NCBI GenBank assembly: GCA_965213925.1
Contig: OZ243927.1
Location: 2,400,001 to 2,464,000 of the forward strand
From: Trueperaceae bacterium
GTDB lineage: Bacteria; Deinococcota; Deinococci; Deinococcales; Trueperaceae
DNA: 64,000 nt
Direction of reading: 5' to 3'
The position numbers were made by a program, and so were the translations under genes. Numbering within the stretch: the stretch's first letter is position 1; every line of letters begins with the position of its first letter. Shown here in pieces: positions 20,432 to 31,258 of the stretch. The notes under the pieces are model-generated. The model was not told the origin of the DNA, did no database searches, and was given only the letters and a program-made list of their open reading frames with translations.

Positions 20432-21785
20432 ATGGCGATTAAAAACCCTATGAAGATGATGGAGCTGATGAACAAGCTCGACGTGGATAAGGTCGCGAAA
20501 CTGTCCGAAAAGGTTGACCTCAACAAGCTCATCGGCATGGTCTCCTCGATGGACGAGAAAACCTTGAACCGCATGATGAAGATGGCTGCACCAAAAGAGG
20601 CGAGCGACTTGCCCCCCGCCAACGGCGACTTCTACGACATGGCTTCGACCTTCACCGAGCGCCAACGCATGATTCAGATGAAGCTCCGCGCCTTTATGGA
20701 GAACGAAGTCGAGCCGATCATCAACGACTACTGGCAGCGCGACGAGTTCCCCCAAGAACTCATCCCCAAGTTCCGCGAGTTAAACCTCATCAAAGAGATT
20801 TTCGACGAGAACGGCGAGCGCACCCCCGACGCTTCGATGATCGAGGGTATCACCACGATGGAGATGTCGCGCATCGACGTGTCCACAACCGTCTTCTTCG
20901 GTGTTCACGCCGGTCTCGCCATGTGCTCGATTTTGGTCGGCGGCTCCGAAGCGCAGAAGCGCAAGTGGCTCCCCAAAATGCGCGATATGGAGAGTCATCG
21001 GCGCGTTCGGTCTGACCGAGCCCGACGTCGGCTCCGCCGTCTCGCAAGGCATGAAGACCACCTGCCGCCGCGAGGGGGACGAGTGGGTCTTAAACGGCGA
21101 GAAGTACTGGATCGGCAACTCGACGTTTAGCGACATCACGATCATTTGGGCTCGCGACGAGGACGACGGACAGGTCAAAGGCTTCATCGTCCGCAACGAC
21201 ACGCCCGGCTTTAGCGTGAAGAAAATCGAGGGTAAGATCGCCCTACGCGCTGTTGAAAACGGTCACATCACCATGCAGAACTGCCGCGTCGCGGAAGAGG
21301 ACCGCCTCCAAAACGCCAACTCGTTCCGCGCCACCGCCAATGTGCTGCGCATGACCCGCGCGGGCGTCGCTTGGCAAGGCGTCGGCTGCTCGATGGGCGC
21401 GTACGAAAAGGCGCACGCCTACGCCCAGAGCCGCACCCAGTTCGGGCGTCCGATTGCCAACTATCAGCTCGTCCAGAACCTCTTAGTGCAGATGCTCGGC
21501 AACACCACCGCGCTGCAAACGATGTGCGTGCGCCTCTCGCAGATGCAAGACCTGGGCGAGATGACCGACGAGCAAGCCTCACTTGCCAAAGTCTTCTCCG
21601 CGAAGCGCTGCCGCGAGTCCGTCGCCCTAGCCCGCGAAGCGTTCGGCGGTAAAGGGATTCTCTTGGAAAACCACGTCGCTCGCTACTTCTGCGATACCGA
21701 AGCGATCTACTCGTATGAGGGGACGAACGAGATCAATACGCTCGTGGTGGGGCGTGCGGTGACGGGGTTAAGTGCGTTTGTGTAG
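20432..21785 (+). pseudogene. Acyl-CoA dehydrogenase (glutaryl-CoA DH-like), +1 frameshift near 20990
   Basis: Frame 1 to [10 protein letters not shown], frame 2 [10 protein letters not shown]...[10 protein letters not shown]...YSYEGT; may be a sequencing indel. Confidence 0.85.
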
Positions 21786-21807
21786 AGGTCGGAATCGATA
21801 AAATTTT

Positions 21808-21837
21808 AGAGGGTACAGTTCACTGTACCCTCTTTTA
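21808..21837 (+). terminator. Intrinsic terminator
   Basis: agagggtacag-ttca-ctgtaccctct followed by T's. Confidence 0.75.
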
Positions 21838-21858
21838 ATTATCGTATGGCTTGTTAGT

Positions 21859-22821
21859 CTAGCGTAACGACATTACTGGATGGTTCTCGAGCGCATAGTC
21901 AATAAAGGGTACCAAGCCCATCTCGCCGACCTCTGCAAGTGCTCTTTCCGTCACCGGTAGCGTTCCCATCTCTTCGAACGCGGTAACCTGCACCTCGTCT
22001 TGAAGCAGTGCACTTAGAAACGCCCCGGCGACCTCTCCGTTGGATTCTGCGCTGAGGTACGCCTGCGTCATATCTACCCGAGGCTCGAGTCCCTCCGTCA
22101 GAAGGGGTGAGAGGTCGGTCTGCTCTACCGCGCCTAAAAGTTGGCTCGAATGTGCGAACAAGAGGTCGGCTTCGTTTATCGCTAGCTCTGTATCAAGCGT
22201 CTCGATAAGAGCTGCCCAAGGCCAGGACCAAGGGGAAGGCTTAGGTAGCGGAAAGGGAAAGGGATAAGGGGGACCGCCGCACCAGCCGACGAGTAGCTCA
22301 CCTTCTCGTGCTTGACGGAGAATGTCGTTTATCGGTACAGGCGTTGGACCAACGCCACCGTGAGATGTGAAAACGCCCGTGTAGCCCCAACTTACTGGAA
22401 CGCTCAAGTCCAGAGTATCTGTAGGTCCAGGCGGATCGCAAACGCGCGGGTCGCACCGAAAGGGATTTTCGAACCGCTCGAGCAGTTCGTAAATCTCCCT
22501 AGATGAGCGCCAATTATCCTCACGGCACCAGAGCGGCGTACATTCAACATCGGTGATAACAAGGTCGAAGTCAGTGGCCTTCTCCACCAATACGTCTTGC
22601 AGTTCCTCTAGCTCGAAATAGATGATCTCAGCGTTTATTTGGGCGTTGTCAGCCGCTTTCTCATAAAGTGCCTGCGCTTCCTCGCCTTGCGTATGTACGA
22701 TGGTGAGCGCTTCATGCTTGCCGAGCGTTTGTAAACCTGCCTCATCTACATTGCACGCCGCGAGTAGCGCTGCAGTGAGAACGCTCAAGCTTGCTAGCCC
22801 AATCTTCTTACAGTGTTTCAT
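21859..22821 (-). CDS. Hypothetical lipoprotein with Cys/Pro-rich inserts, distantly solute-binding-like
   Basis: Lipobox LAAC; FDLVITD, AFLSALLQDEVQ...GTLPV. Confidence 0.65.
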   Translation of the reverse strand: MKHCKKIGLASLSVLTAALLAACNVDEAGLQTLGKHEALTIVHTQGEEAQALYEKAADNAQINAEIIYFELEELQDVLVEKATDFDLVITDVECTPLWCREDNWRSSREIYELLERFENPFRCDPRVCDPPGPTDTLDLSVPVSWGYTGVFTSHGGVGPTPVPINDILRQAREGELLVGWCGGPPYPFPFPLPKPSPWSWPWAALIETLDTELAINEADLLFAHSSQLLGAVEQTDLSPLLTEGLEPRVDMTQAYLSAESNGEVAGAFLSALLQDEVQVTAFEEMGTLPVTERALAEVGEMGLVPFIDYALENHPVMSLR

Positions 22822-22922
22822 CGGTTTCTCCCTCTATTTAATTGCTCCGTACGAAAGCTGAAGCGAGAATAGGGAAAAGACCCTGAACGCAGCCTGACCG
22901 TGAGGAAAGTATGGGACTTTCT

Positions 22923-23885
22923 TTAGTACCCCCGCTCCTTATCCACCACATGCGTCAGCGCCTCCCCCGCCTCATACCGCCGCAAATTCTCTAAAAAAAT
23001 CTCTAGTGCCCTTTCGTCGTAGTGCGGTGTATCCCCCGAGTAGTGCGCCGTTACAATGACGTTCTCCATCTCCCAGAGCGGCGAGTCTTCCGGCAGCGGC
23101 TCCTCTTCAAATACGTCTAAGCCTGCTCCGGCAATTTGTCCTTCCTGTAGCGCCCAGATGAGGTCAGCCTCGTTCACGGTGCCGCCGCGCCCAATGTTGA
23201 TGAGGTAGCCCGAATCTTTCATCGCCCCGAATTCGTCCGCCGACATCATGTGCCGCGTCTCTTTGGTTAAGGGAACGGTAAGAATGACGAAATCCGCTTC
23301 GGGTAAGAGGGTGTGGAGTTCGTCTCGAGTCACCATCTTTTCCACACACGCAACCTCTTTCGAGGGATCACGCCGTACGCCCCAAACGCGCATTCCCAAG
23401 GTGGCGGCGAGCTTAGCCGTGCGTTCACCGATTGCGCCTACGCCGATAAGCAGCGCCGTCTTGCCTGCAAGTTCGAAGACGCTTCGCTCGTCCGCCTTGC
23501 GCCACCTATGCTGCGCTTGGTCTCGTACCGCGCCCGGCAGACCTCTTGCAAAGGCGAGCATGAACGACAAAATGTGTTCACTAATTGGAACGGCGTGAAC
23601 ACCTGAGACGTTCGTCAGGGTGAAAGGATGCTCGGCAGCGTCGGGGTACTTGAGGAGCCAGTCAGCGCCCGCGCCCCACTGCTGAAACCACCTAAGGTTC
23701 GGCGCTTTCGCCAAGAGGTCCCTGGGAAAAGACCCCGCTGCAACTTCGATATCGCTCAGCGAAGAGGTTACTTCATCCTTGTCTCTCGTGGCGCGAATCT
23801 CTAAGCGCGGCGCAGCGCGGCGCACTTCGTCCCACTGCGCGCCTGAAAAGTGGTCTTCGTTAAAGCCGATCAGAAGGATACCCAT
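22923..23885 (-). CDS. D-2-hydroxyacid dehydrogenase
   Basis: GVGAIG, NIGRG, GAGLDVFEEEPLP, TAH. Confidence 0.92.
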   Translation of the reverse strand: MGILLIGFNEDHFSGAQWDEVRRAAPRLEIRATRDKDEVTSSLSDIEVAAGSFPRDLLAKAPNLRWFQQWGAGADWLLKYPDAAEHPFTLTNVSGVHAVPISEHILSFMLAFARGLPGAVRDQAQHRWRKADERSVFELAGKTALLIGVGAIGERTAKLAATLGMRVWGVRRDPSKEVACVEKMVTRDELHTLLPEADFVILTVPLTKETRHMMSADEFGAMKDSGYLINIGRGGTVNEADLIWALQEGQIAGAGLDVFEEEPLPEDSPLWEMENVIVTAHYSGDTPHYDERALEIFLENLRRYEAGEALTHVVDKERGY

Positions 23886-24149
23886 AGAGATAGCGTTAGC
23901 TAAAACGGTGAATACGTTCGTAAGGTGGCGCGAAATGTCGGGATCAGGTGGCTAAAAAGGGCTTGAGCCCCCTGCACCTCAACCGTTTCGACTGCAACCT
24001 AAAACCCGGACGAAACTCGTTTAGCACCGTTTAGCACGGTGAAACTAGCAGTGAACCTCAGAACAGCCGATTTTCCTGTTCTCAACAGTGTTCTTCAAGA
24101 ACCTCGAGAAGCGTTATGCAGACTTTCGTCTGGGTTTGAGTGCAACCTC

Positions 24150-24178
24150 TTGACGAATAGCGCATACGGGTGTATAAT
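24150..24178 (+). promoter_or_regulatory. Near-consensus sigma70 promoter
   Basis: TTGACG-N17-TATAAT. Confidence 0.7.
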
Positions 24179-24203
24179 ATTCCTTACTAGTCAACAAGAA
24201 GAC

Positions 24204-24229
24204 GCGCTCAGGACGAGCGCTTTTTTATT
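24204..24229 (+). terminator. Terminator immediately after that promoter
   Basis: gcgctc-aggac-gagcgc-tttttt. Confidence 0.65.
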
Positions 24230-24331
24230 GCTCTTTTGAGCGGCTGCCGCCCGAGTCTCATCTCTACAGTCTTCCTTACAATGTCTTTGCTCCTGAGTCT
24301 TTATCGTTTCAGGAGGAGGAAGGGGTAAGCT

Positions 24332-24502
24332 ATGAACGAAGACCAGCGCAGAGAGTACGACGCCTTGATTCGCGGCATCATGGACCAGGCCGAAGAGATG
24401 AAAAACCCGGAAGACGACGAAGAGATGCTCTTTAGTAGGGTGAGTGACCTCTCGAGCAAGGTGGACGAACTGCGAGACTTGCTAGGAACGGTCTACAGTT
24501 AA
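24332..24502 (+). CDS. Small acidic hypothetical protein (56 aa)
   Basis: AGGAGG RBS; MNEDQRREYDALIRG...LGTVYS. Confidence 0.6.
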   Translation: MNEDQRREYDALIRGIMDQAEEMKNPEDDEEMLFSRVSDLSSKVDELRDLLGTVYS

Positions 24503-24548
24503 AAAAGTAGACGATGTTGGGGGCGTGCACCAGAAGGTGCGCGCCCCT

Positions 24549-26339
24549 TCAGTTGCTCGTGAGGGCGTCTCGAGCCGCTCTACTGCCGGTCTGTACCCTC
24601 CACAGTCCCGCGTAAATTCCGCTACGCTCCAACAACGTTTCGTGCTGACCCGCCTCCGCCAACTGCCCATGTTCCAACACATAAATTTTGTCCGCGTTGC
24701 GAATTGTCGAGAGTCTATGCGCAATAAGGATGACGGTGCGGTTCTCCGAAATCGTCTCTAGCGAGCGCTGGATCGCCGCCTCGGTCTCGTTGTCCACCGC
24801 TGAAGTTGCCTCGTCCAGAATCAGAATCGGCGGGTCCTTAAGTACCGCCCTCGCGATCGAGATGCGCTGACGCTGCCCGCCCGAGAGTTTCTGCCCTCGT
24901 TCGCCTACAACCGTGTCGTAACCGTTCGGTAAACCCTGGATGAAGTCGTGCGCTTCAGCAATCTTGGCAGCTTGAATTACATGCTTTTCGTCCGCGTCCA
25001 AGTCACCGTAGACGATGTTTTCCCAGACCGTCCCGTGAAACAAGAAAACATCTTGGCTGACGAAGCCGATAGCTCCGCGTAGGCTTCGCATTCGCAAATC
25101 GCGCAAATCTACGCCGTCTAGCGTGACGCGCCCTGCGGTGGGGTCATAAAAGCGCAACAGCAGTTTGATGAGCGTGCTCTTGCCCGCGCCCGTCGCGCCA
25201 ACAATCGCAGTGGTCTCGCCTTCACGCATGGTCAGGGAGAGGTTGTTGAGGACGTTGGGGCCATCCTTGTAAGCAAAGCTGACCTCTTCTAAGCGAATCT
25301 CGCCGCGCACGTTTGCCAGAACTTTAGAACCGTCAGTCATACTCGAGTCCGTATCGAGCAGATTCAAAATCCGCCTCGTGGACGCCATCGCCCGCTGGTA
25401 AAGGTCCAAAGTTTGCCCGAGCCGCGTGAGGGGCCACAGAAGCCGCTGGGTCATGAAGACGAGCACGCTGTAGACGCCCACCGCCATCGCCCCGCTCGTC
25501 GTCAGGTAGCCGCCATATACAAGCGTTGCAATAAAGCCCATCACGATCGCCATGCGAATAACCGGCACGAAGAGCGAGCTGAGCCGAATCGCTTTCTTGT
25601 TGCTCTCGCGGTACTCATCACTGCCCGCTTCAACCCTTTTAGCTTCGAACGCCTCCGCTGCAAAGCTCTTGATGGTCGCGATGCCGCTCAGGTTATTCGC
25701 AAGCTGCGAGTTGAGGAGCCCGACCCTTTCTCTCACCTCCGCGTAGCGCGGCGCGATGCGCTTTTGAAAGCGGAGCGAGCCCCAGATAATCACGGGCATC
25801 GGCAAAAAGGCGAGCCACGCCACCCCCGGAGCCGCCGCGAAGAAGATCGCGCCGATGATGAGGACTGTTGTGACAAGCTGCACGATGTCGTTTGCGCCCA
25901 CATCTAAAAAGCGCTCCAACTGGTTGATGTCGTCGTTCAACACAGATAAAAGCCCACCCGTCGAGCGGTCCTCGAAGTACGCTAGCTCCAAGTTCTGCAC
26001 GTGGTCGTAGGTCTCTACCCGCAGTTCATGCTGTAAAGTCTGCGCGAGGTTGCGCCACAGCACCTCCGCGATGTAGTCCGTCACCGACTCCAAACCCCAC
26101 ACTAAGAGGGTGATCGCCGCCAACACCCAAAGCTGCGTCATCACGTCTGTGAGCCCGAACCGCGCCAAAAAGGAGTCTTGCTGCTGCACCACCGTGTCCA
26201 CCGCTACCCCGATGAGGAGAGGCGGCGTGAGGTCGAAGGCTTTGTTTCCGACTGAAGCGATAATGGACCAGACCAGGTAGGCGCGGTGGTTGCGGGCGTA
26301 GTGCCAGAGGCGCGTAAGGGGATGAGCGGAGTCCGGCAT
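24549..26339 (-). CDS. ABC transporter, fused permease/ATPase
   Basis: [24 protein letters not shown]. Confidence 0.93.
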   Translation of the reverse strand: MPDSAHPLTRLWHYARNHRAYLVWSIIASVGNKAFDLTPPLLIGVAVDTVVQQQDSFLARFGLTDVMTQLWVLAAITLLVWGLESVTDYIAEVLWRNLAQTLQHELRVETYDHVQNLELAYFEDRSTGGLLSVLNDDINQLERFLDVGANDIVQLVTTVLIIGAIFFAAAPGVAWLAFLPMPVIIWGSLRFQKRIAPRYAEVRERVGLLNSQLANNLSGIATIKSFAAEAFEAKRVEAGSDEYRESNKKAIRLSSLFVPVIRMAIVMGFIATLVYGGYLTTSGAMAVGVYSVLVFMTQRLLWPLTRLGQTLDLYQRAMASTRRILNLLDTDSSMTDGSKVLANVRGEIRLEEVSFAYKDGPNVLNNLSLTMREGETTAIVGATGAGKSTLIKLLLRFYDPTAGRVTLDGVDLRDLRMRSLRGAIGFVSQDVFLFHGTVWENIVYGDLDADEKHVIQAAKIAEAHDFIQGLPNGYDTVVGERGQKLSGGQRQRISIARAVLKDPPILILDEATSAVDNETEAAIQRSLETISENRTVILIAHRLSTIRNADKIYVLEHGQLAEAGQHETLLERSGIYAGLWRVQTGSRAARDALTSN

Positions 26340-26524
26340 GAAGTAGACTCTACCTCATGGACGCTTTAGGCCTCATTGCTTTAGCGCACGAAGTTGCCCG
26401 CCCTGTCTATCCGAGCGAGTCTTGCCAAGCGGGGACCCCGCCTCAACCATCACCGAAAGGCTTTAGTCTCCGTGATAGACTCATCTCACAGCGCTAAGGC
26501 GTCATCTAATATGGAGTCGCAACT

Positions 26525-27478
26525 TTGAAAATCGTTCTTCCAGGAGGTTCAGGGCAGGTTGGGTCGGTGTTGGCTCGAGCCTTTCTGTCAGACGGGCACG
26601 ACGTCACCGTGCTGAGCCGTCAGCCAACCCCTGGCGCGTGTCATACCGCCCTTTGGAATGGTAAAACCCTCGGTCCTTGGGCAGAGACGTTTGAGGGAGC
26701 GGACGTTGTCATTAACTTGGCGGGGAAAAACGTCAACTGCCGCTACACGCCGGAAAATAAGCGCGAGATCATGCGCTCACGGGTCGATTCGACGCGGGTT
26801 GTCGGTGAGGCTATCGCGCAGTGTAAGCGTCCACCTAAGCTGTGGCTCCAGTCGAGCACCGCGACGATTTACGCCCACCGCTACGACGCACCGAATGGCA
26901 AGATAACAGGCATCATTGGCGGTAACGAGCCCGACGCGCCTCGCAAGTGGGACTACAGCGTCGAGGTCGCTAAAGCGTGGGAAGCCGCCGTTGACGAGGC
27001 TAAGGTTCCCCGTACGAGAACCGTTCAACTGCGCTCCGCCATGATCATGAGCCCGGACGAGGGGGGTATCTTCGCGACGCTGCTCCGCCTCATCCAATCT
27101 GGGCTAGGCGGCAAGGCGGGCGACGGGCGGCAGTACGTGTCATGGATTCACGAGCGCGACTTCGTCCGCGCTCTGTACTGGCTCATTGAGCATGAGGAAT
27201 TAGAGGGTGCCATCAACCTCTCCTCGCCCAACCCCTTGCCCTACGCGGACTTCATGCGGCAACTGCGGGAGAGCGCAGGCGTACCTATAGGGCTGCCTGC
27301 AACCGAGTGGATGTTAGACATCGGCACGTGGCTACTCCGAACGGAAACGGAACTCGTTTTGAAGAGCCGGCGGGTTGCGCCGGCGCGGTTATTAGAGAGC
27401 GGCTTCTCGTTCGACTATCCTAAGTGGTCCGGGGCTGCGGATAACCTGTGCGAACGGTTTAAGAATCGGCGTGATTAG
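26525..27478 (+). CDS. TIGR01777-type NAD-dependent epimerase (DUF1731)
   Basis: GGSGQVG, INLAG, SWIH. Confidence 0.88.
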   Translation: MKIVLPGGSGQVGSVLARAFLSDGHDVTVLSRQPTPGACHTALWNGKTLGPWAETFEGADVVINLAGKNVNCRYTPENKREIMRSRVDSTRVVGEAIAQCKRPPKLWLQSSTATIYAHRYDAPNGKITGIIGGNEPDAPRKWDYSVEVAKAWEAAVDEAKVPRTRTVQLRSAMIMSPDEGGIFATLLRLIQSGLGGKAGDGRQYVSWIHERDFVRALYWLIEHEELEGAINLSSPNPLPYADFMRQLRESAGVPIGLPATEWMLDIGTWLLRTETELVLKSRRVAPARLLESGFSFDYPKWSGAADNLCERFKNRRD

Positions 27479-28024
27479 GTGAGCAAGAATCTCAAACGCA
27501 CCAGTAAGTTTTTAAGCCTCGTGCTGCGGCATAAGCCAGAAGTTGTTGACTTGTCGCTCGACGCTAGGGGTTGGGTAAACGTTGATACACTTCTTAGAGC
27601 GGCGCAGCGTCACGGACATCCGCTCACGAAAGACCTCTTAGATGAAGTCGTTTTCACTAACGACAAACAGCGCTTTGCTTACAGCCCGGACGGGTCGAAG
27701 ATTCGGGCGAACCAGGGGCATTCGGTGGCGGTGGACTTGGGGCTCGAGCCTACCGAGCCGCCCCCTGTGCTCTATCACGGTACGGTGGCAAAGGTTTTAG
27801 AGTCGATCAAAGCGTCGGGCTTAGAGAAGCGGAGTCGGCAGCACGTTCACCTTTCTGCAACGGTTACAATAGCCAAGCGCGTCGGCGCACGTCGCGGAGA
27901 GCCTGTCGTGCTGCGCATTGACGCAAAGAGGATGAGCAAGGAGGGCTACCTCTTCTACCGCTCGGCGAACGGCGTCTGGCTGACAGAAGAGGTGCCTCAG
28001 CGCTACATCGCCGTCAGTCCGTAG
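27479..28024 (+). CDS. kptA: RNA 2'-phosphotransferase
   Basis: LRHKP, IRANQGHS, LYHGT, RQHVHLS, NGVWL. Confidence 0.93.
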   Translation: MSKNLKRTSKFLSLVLRHKPEVVDLSLDARGWVNVDTLLRAAQRHGHPLTKDLLDEVVFTNDKQRFAYSPDGSKIRANQGHSVAVDLGLEPTEPPPVLYHGTVAKVLESIKASGLEKRSRQHVHLSATVTIAKRVGARRGEPVVLRIDAKRMSKEGYLFYRSANGVWLTEEVPQRYIAVSP

Positions 28025-28048
28025 AGCCTGCTCTTTGTGACGTTCGCG

Positions 28049-28264
28049 CTACTCGGAACCGCCCGGCAGGTTCTCGTCTGGCCCTTCACGTATCTCGGGC
28101 TCGGGTTGGTCGGGCACCTCTCTAGGCTCGGGCGGTGTTTCTAAGTCGTCTGGCGTCTCTATCGGTCTTTCGGTCGGTGGAGCGGCGGGCGCGTCCATCG
28201 GCGGTGCGGCGGGCGCGTCGTTCGGGCTGGGCATCGTGGGCTGCTGCGGGTTGTAGTCACTCAT
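28049..28264 (-). CDS. Small Pro/Glu-rich hypothetical protein
   Basis: GAGGGG RBS, repeated DAPAAPP. Confidence 0.55.
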   Translation of the reverse strand: MSDYNPQQPTMPSPNDAPAAPPMDAPAAPPTERPIETPDDLETPPEPREVPDQPEPEIREGPDENLPGGSE

Positions 28265-28339
28265 AGATGTATCCCCCTCTAATCTTACTATGCGCCACGT
28301 CGCGGTGAGAAACAACGTCCTTAGGCTACGATTGACCTT

Positions 28340-28831
28340 ATGGCGAAATTTAACTACGACCTAGACTTCGACAGCATCAACTTTCGCGAGCAGCCCGAAC
28401 TCTACCGCGTCGGCAGGGGGGAGCAGGGCGTTTTGAAAGTCGAGCCCTACAAGAGCGAAATCCTACCGCATTGGCGCTTTAAAACGCCCGACATTGCTGA
28501 AGAGTCTTCGGAGAAAATCCTGGAGATGTTCTACAAATATCTAGATAATGAGGACTTCGTCGGCGCGGACATGGCGCGCAAGTTCTTGCAGATGGGCTGG
28601 ACGCGCTCGAGGCGCTACGCTAACCACAAAGGCGGTAAGAAGTATAAGGGTCCAGTACCAGACGATAAAAAAGGGCAGAGCGGCGCACACGGGCGCGAAG
28701 AGAAGCCTCGAGAAATCGACGAGGAAAAAGCCAAGTCAGCGGAAATTTTTTACGAGAAGTACGTCGAGGCGCGGGAGAACGAGCGGTACAAGGAGATGAA
28801 AGAGGCGCATAAAAAGAGCAATGAGCAATGA
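28340..28831 (+). CDS. DUF4385 family protein
   Basis: YRVGRGEQGVL.VEPYKSEILPHWRFK; DMARKFLQMG. Confidence 0.88.
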   Translation: MAKFNYDLDFDSINFREQPELYRVGRGEQGVLKVEPYKSEILPHWRFKTPDIAEESSEKILEMFYKYLDNEDFVGADMARKFLQMGWTRSRRYANHKGGKKYKGPVPDDKKGQSGAHGREEKPREIDEEKAKSAEIFYEKYVEARENERYKEMKEAHKKSNEQ

Positions 28832-28898
28832 GTAAGGACAAAGGGTTTTCACTCATTGCTCGTTTCTGATTGCTCATTGCTTTTAACTCATTGCTGTT

Positions 28899-29147
28899 TT
28901 AGTCGATCCACCCATACGTATCTTTCTCTTCACCCGGCTGATACGTCCCCTCGCGTCCGCAGTTATCGCACTTCGCTTCGACTTCTGCCGCTTCCTTGCC
29001 GCCACCGCCCTCGGCAGGGTCGCTCGCGAGTTCGACGTGGACGTCCTCAGCGCCGCAGTTGGGACACTCAGTTTTCTCGTTGCGTTGGAAAGTTTGCCAG
29101 AGAGCCTCGAGTTCGTCGTGCGTGTAGTGTTCCTGCGTGGTTGCCAT
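28899..29147 (-). CDS. Small Zn-ribbon protein
   Basis: CPNCG...CDNCG. Confidence 0.7.
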   Translation of the reverse strand: MATTQEHYTHDELEALWQTFQRNEKTECPNCGAEDVHVELASDPAEGGGGKEAAEVEAKCDNCGREGTYQPGEEKDTYGWID

Positions 29148-29335
29148 ACTTCAAGTGTACGTGCAACCTTTCACAAAGAAAGTAGACCGCAACCCTGTAG
29201 CGCCGCGGAGAAGTTCACAGTTCTCCGCAGAGGACGCTCACAGAAAATATGACGCTGTCCTACCCTTTCACAAGAGGTGACTCGCTATAGTTCTTGGAGT
29301 GAAGTGCGCTTTTGTACGCATTTGGAAAGGAACCT

Positions 29336-30235
29336 ATGGCACACCAGGAGAACATGCTGGGCAAAGTTTGCTTAGTCACGGGCGCAAGCTCGGGTATCGG
29401 ACACGAAATCGCGAAGGCGTTGGCGAGAACAGGCGCGACTGTCGTAACGGTCTCACGTGGCGGCGGTAGCGGCGACGAGAAGACCTCGCAGATTCGGCGC
29501 GAAACGGGCAACAGCGAGGTTACTTTCATGCCCGCTGACCTCTCGTCTATGAATGAGGTTCGTAACCTCGCGGCGCGGTTCAAGGCGCGCTTTGACAGGC
29601 TCGACGTGCTCGTTAATAACGCGGGCATCTTTATGTCCGAGCGCAAGCTCACTGAAGATGGCTTTGAAAAGACCTTCGCCTTAAACCACCTCGCGCCCTT
29701 TTTGCTGACGCACCTCTTGATGGAGCCGCTTGTCAAGAGCGCTCCTGCGCGGGTCGTCACGACTTCATCTCGAGGCGAGAGCTTTGGCAAAATGCACTTT
29801 GACGACCTGATGTTAGAGAATTACGGCGGCTGGAAAGCCTATGGTCAGTCTAAACTCGCCAACTTGCTCTTCACCTACGAACTGAGCAAGCGTCTAGCCG
29901 GCACGGGCGTTGCGGCGAACGCCTTTCATCCCGGCGGTGTGGCGACGGGTTTCGGGCTCAATAACGAGGGGTTCGTGTCGCTGCTCTTCGGTACAGTGAT
30001 AAGACCGTTTCTCAAAACGCCTGCGCAGGGAGCGCAGAGCGGCATCTACCTCGCTTCGTCACCCGAAGTTGAAGGGGTTACGGGTCGCTACTACATTGAC
30101 GAGATGCCCGCGACCTCCTCCAAACGCTCCTATGACGTGAACGCGCAGCGGCGGCTCTGGACGGAGAGCGAGCGCCTCGTCGGGTTGAGCAAAGAGGAGA
30201 GTGCACCTCTTAATCTTGCGGGCGTGAGCGCGTAG
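29336..30235 (+). CDS. SDR oxidoreductase (retinol dehydrogenase-like)
   Basis: TGASSGIG, NNAG, YGQSK. Confidence 0.9.
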   Translation: MAHQENMLGKVCLVTGASSGIGHEIAKALARTGATVVTVSRGGGSGDEKTSQIRRETGNSEVTFMPADLSSMNEVRNLAARFKARFDRLDVLVNNAGIFMSERKLTEDGFEKTFALNHLAPFLLTHLLMEPLVKSAPARVVTTSSRGESFGKMHFDDLMLENYGGWKAYGQSKLANLLFTYELSKRLAGTGVAANAFHPGGVATGFGLNNEGFVSLLFGTVIRPFLKTPAQGAQSGIYLASSPEVEGVTGRYYIDEMPATSSKRSYDVNAQRRLWTESERLVGLSKEESAPLNLAGVSA

Positions 30236-30871
30236 ATGAGTTCTTCTAGTTCTGGTCAGCCGGGTAGAACCGTGCAGCCGGACTACCCCATTTTAGAGGT
30301 CATCCGAAAGCGTTGGAGCCCGAGGGCGTTCGCGGACAAACCCGTTGAAAAGGAGAAACTCCTGAGCGTTTTAGAGGCGGCGCGGTGGGCGTCGTCCTCG
30401 AACAACCGTCAGCCCTGGCGCTTTATCGTGGCGCAAAGAGGAGAGGCGAGCTTCGAGGAGCTTCTGGGCTGCCTGCGAGAGGGTAACGTCGGCTGGGCGC
30501 AGCACGCGCCCGTCCTCGTTTTGAGCCTCGCAGAGAAAGCGTTTCCCGCGAGAGGGGACAAGCCCGCTAGGGAGAACCGCCACGCTTGGCACGACGTCGG
30601 CGCGGCGGTCAATACCCTCATCTTGCAAGCGACCGCTCTAGACTTCTACGTCCACCAGATGGCGGGTTTCTACCCCGAAAAAGCGGCGGGAGCGTTCGAG
30701 GTGCCTGAAACCTTTGAACCTGTCGCGGTCTTAGCGCTCGGCTATTTAGGCGATCCCGATAGTCTGCCCGACGCCCTGCGAGAACGTGAAGCTGCGCCGA
30801 GGACGCGCCAGCCACTGAGTGACCTTGTGTTCGGAGAGCGATTTGGTGCAAGGTGGGAGGGGTTGGAGTAA
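30236..30871 (+). CDS. Nitroreductase family protein
   Basis: RWSPRAF, ASSSNNRQPWRF. Confidence 0.9.
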   Translation: MSSSSSGQPGRTVQPDYPILEVIRKRWSPRAFADKPVEKEKLLSVLEAARWASSSNNRQPWRFIVAQRGEASFEELLGCLREGNVGWAQHAPVLVLSLAEKAFPARGDKPARENRHAWHDVGAAVNTLILQATALDFYVHQMAGFYPEKAAGAFEVPETFEPVAVLALGYLGDPDSLPDALREREAAPRTRQPLSDLVFGERFGARWEGLE

Positions 30872-30918
30872 TACGGTTTCCGGGTGATTCCCGTAGGAAT
30901 CACCCGGAAACCGTATTA
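30869..30918. repeat. Perfect 23-bp inverted repeat (fold-back element / bidirectional terminator)
   Basis: taatacggtttccgggtgattcc-cgta-ggaatcacccggaaaccgtatta. Confidence 0.9.
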
Positions 30919-31107
30919 AATTCCCTCTGACTGCGGCATCACCAACCACAAGATGATGTAAAGAATCAGCCCGCCCCCCGAGAAAAGCGTCAGGAGCACG
31001 AATACGACGCGCACCAAAGTCGCGTCGATGTCGAAGTAGCGTGCTAAACCGCCGCATACCCCGGCAATCTTCTTGTCTAAGCTGCTGCGTACCAACCTTT
31101 TTTCCAT
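30916..31107 (-). CDS. PspC domain protein
   Basis: [12 protein letters not shown]...YIILWLVMP. Confidence 0.88.
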   Translation of the reverse strand: MEKRLVRSSLDKKIAGVCGGLARYFDIDATLVRVVFVLLTLFSGGGLILYIILWLVMPQSEGI

Positions 31108-31258
31108 TTTATCCACCCCTTTTCTCAAAGTTCGTTCAAACCGTACTCTAACAGAAAAGGATGAACGTTCGGCGAAGTGGGAAAGCTGCCTGGTGCACCC
31201 GCTAGGAGCAGAGAGGTTCATCTGCTGACTTTACGCCCACAGCTCACGCCCAGACCTC

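Noticed and set aside
28820..28896. ctcattg / caatgag short repeats as a possible CRISPR array
   Set aside because: Heptamer-type repeats forming a terminator-like hairpin; no spacer periodicity and no cas genes
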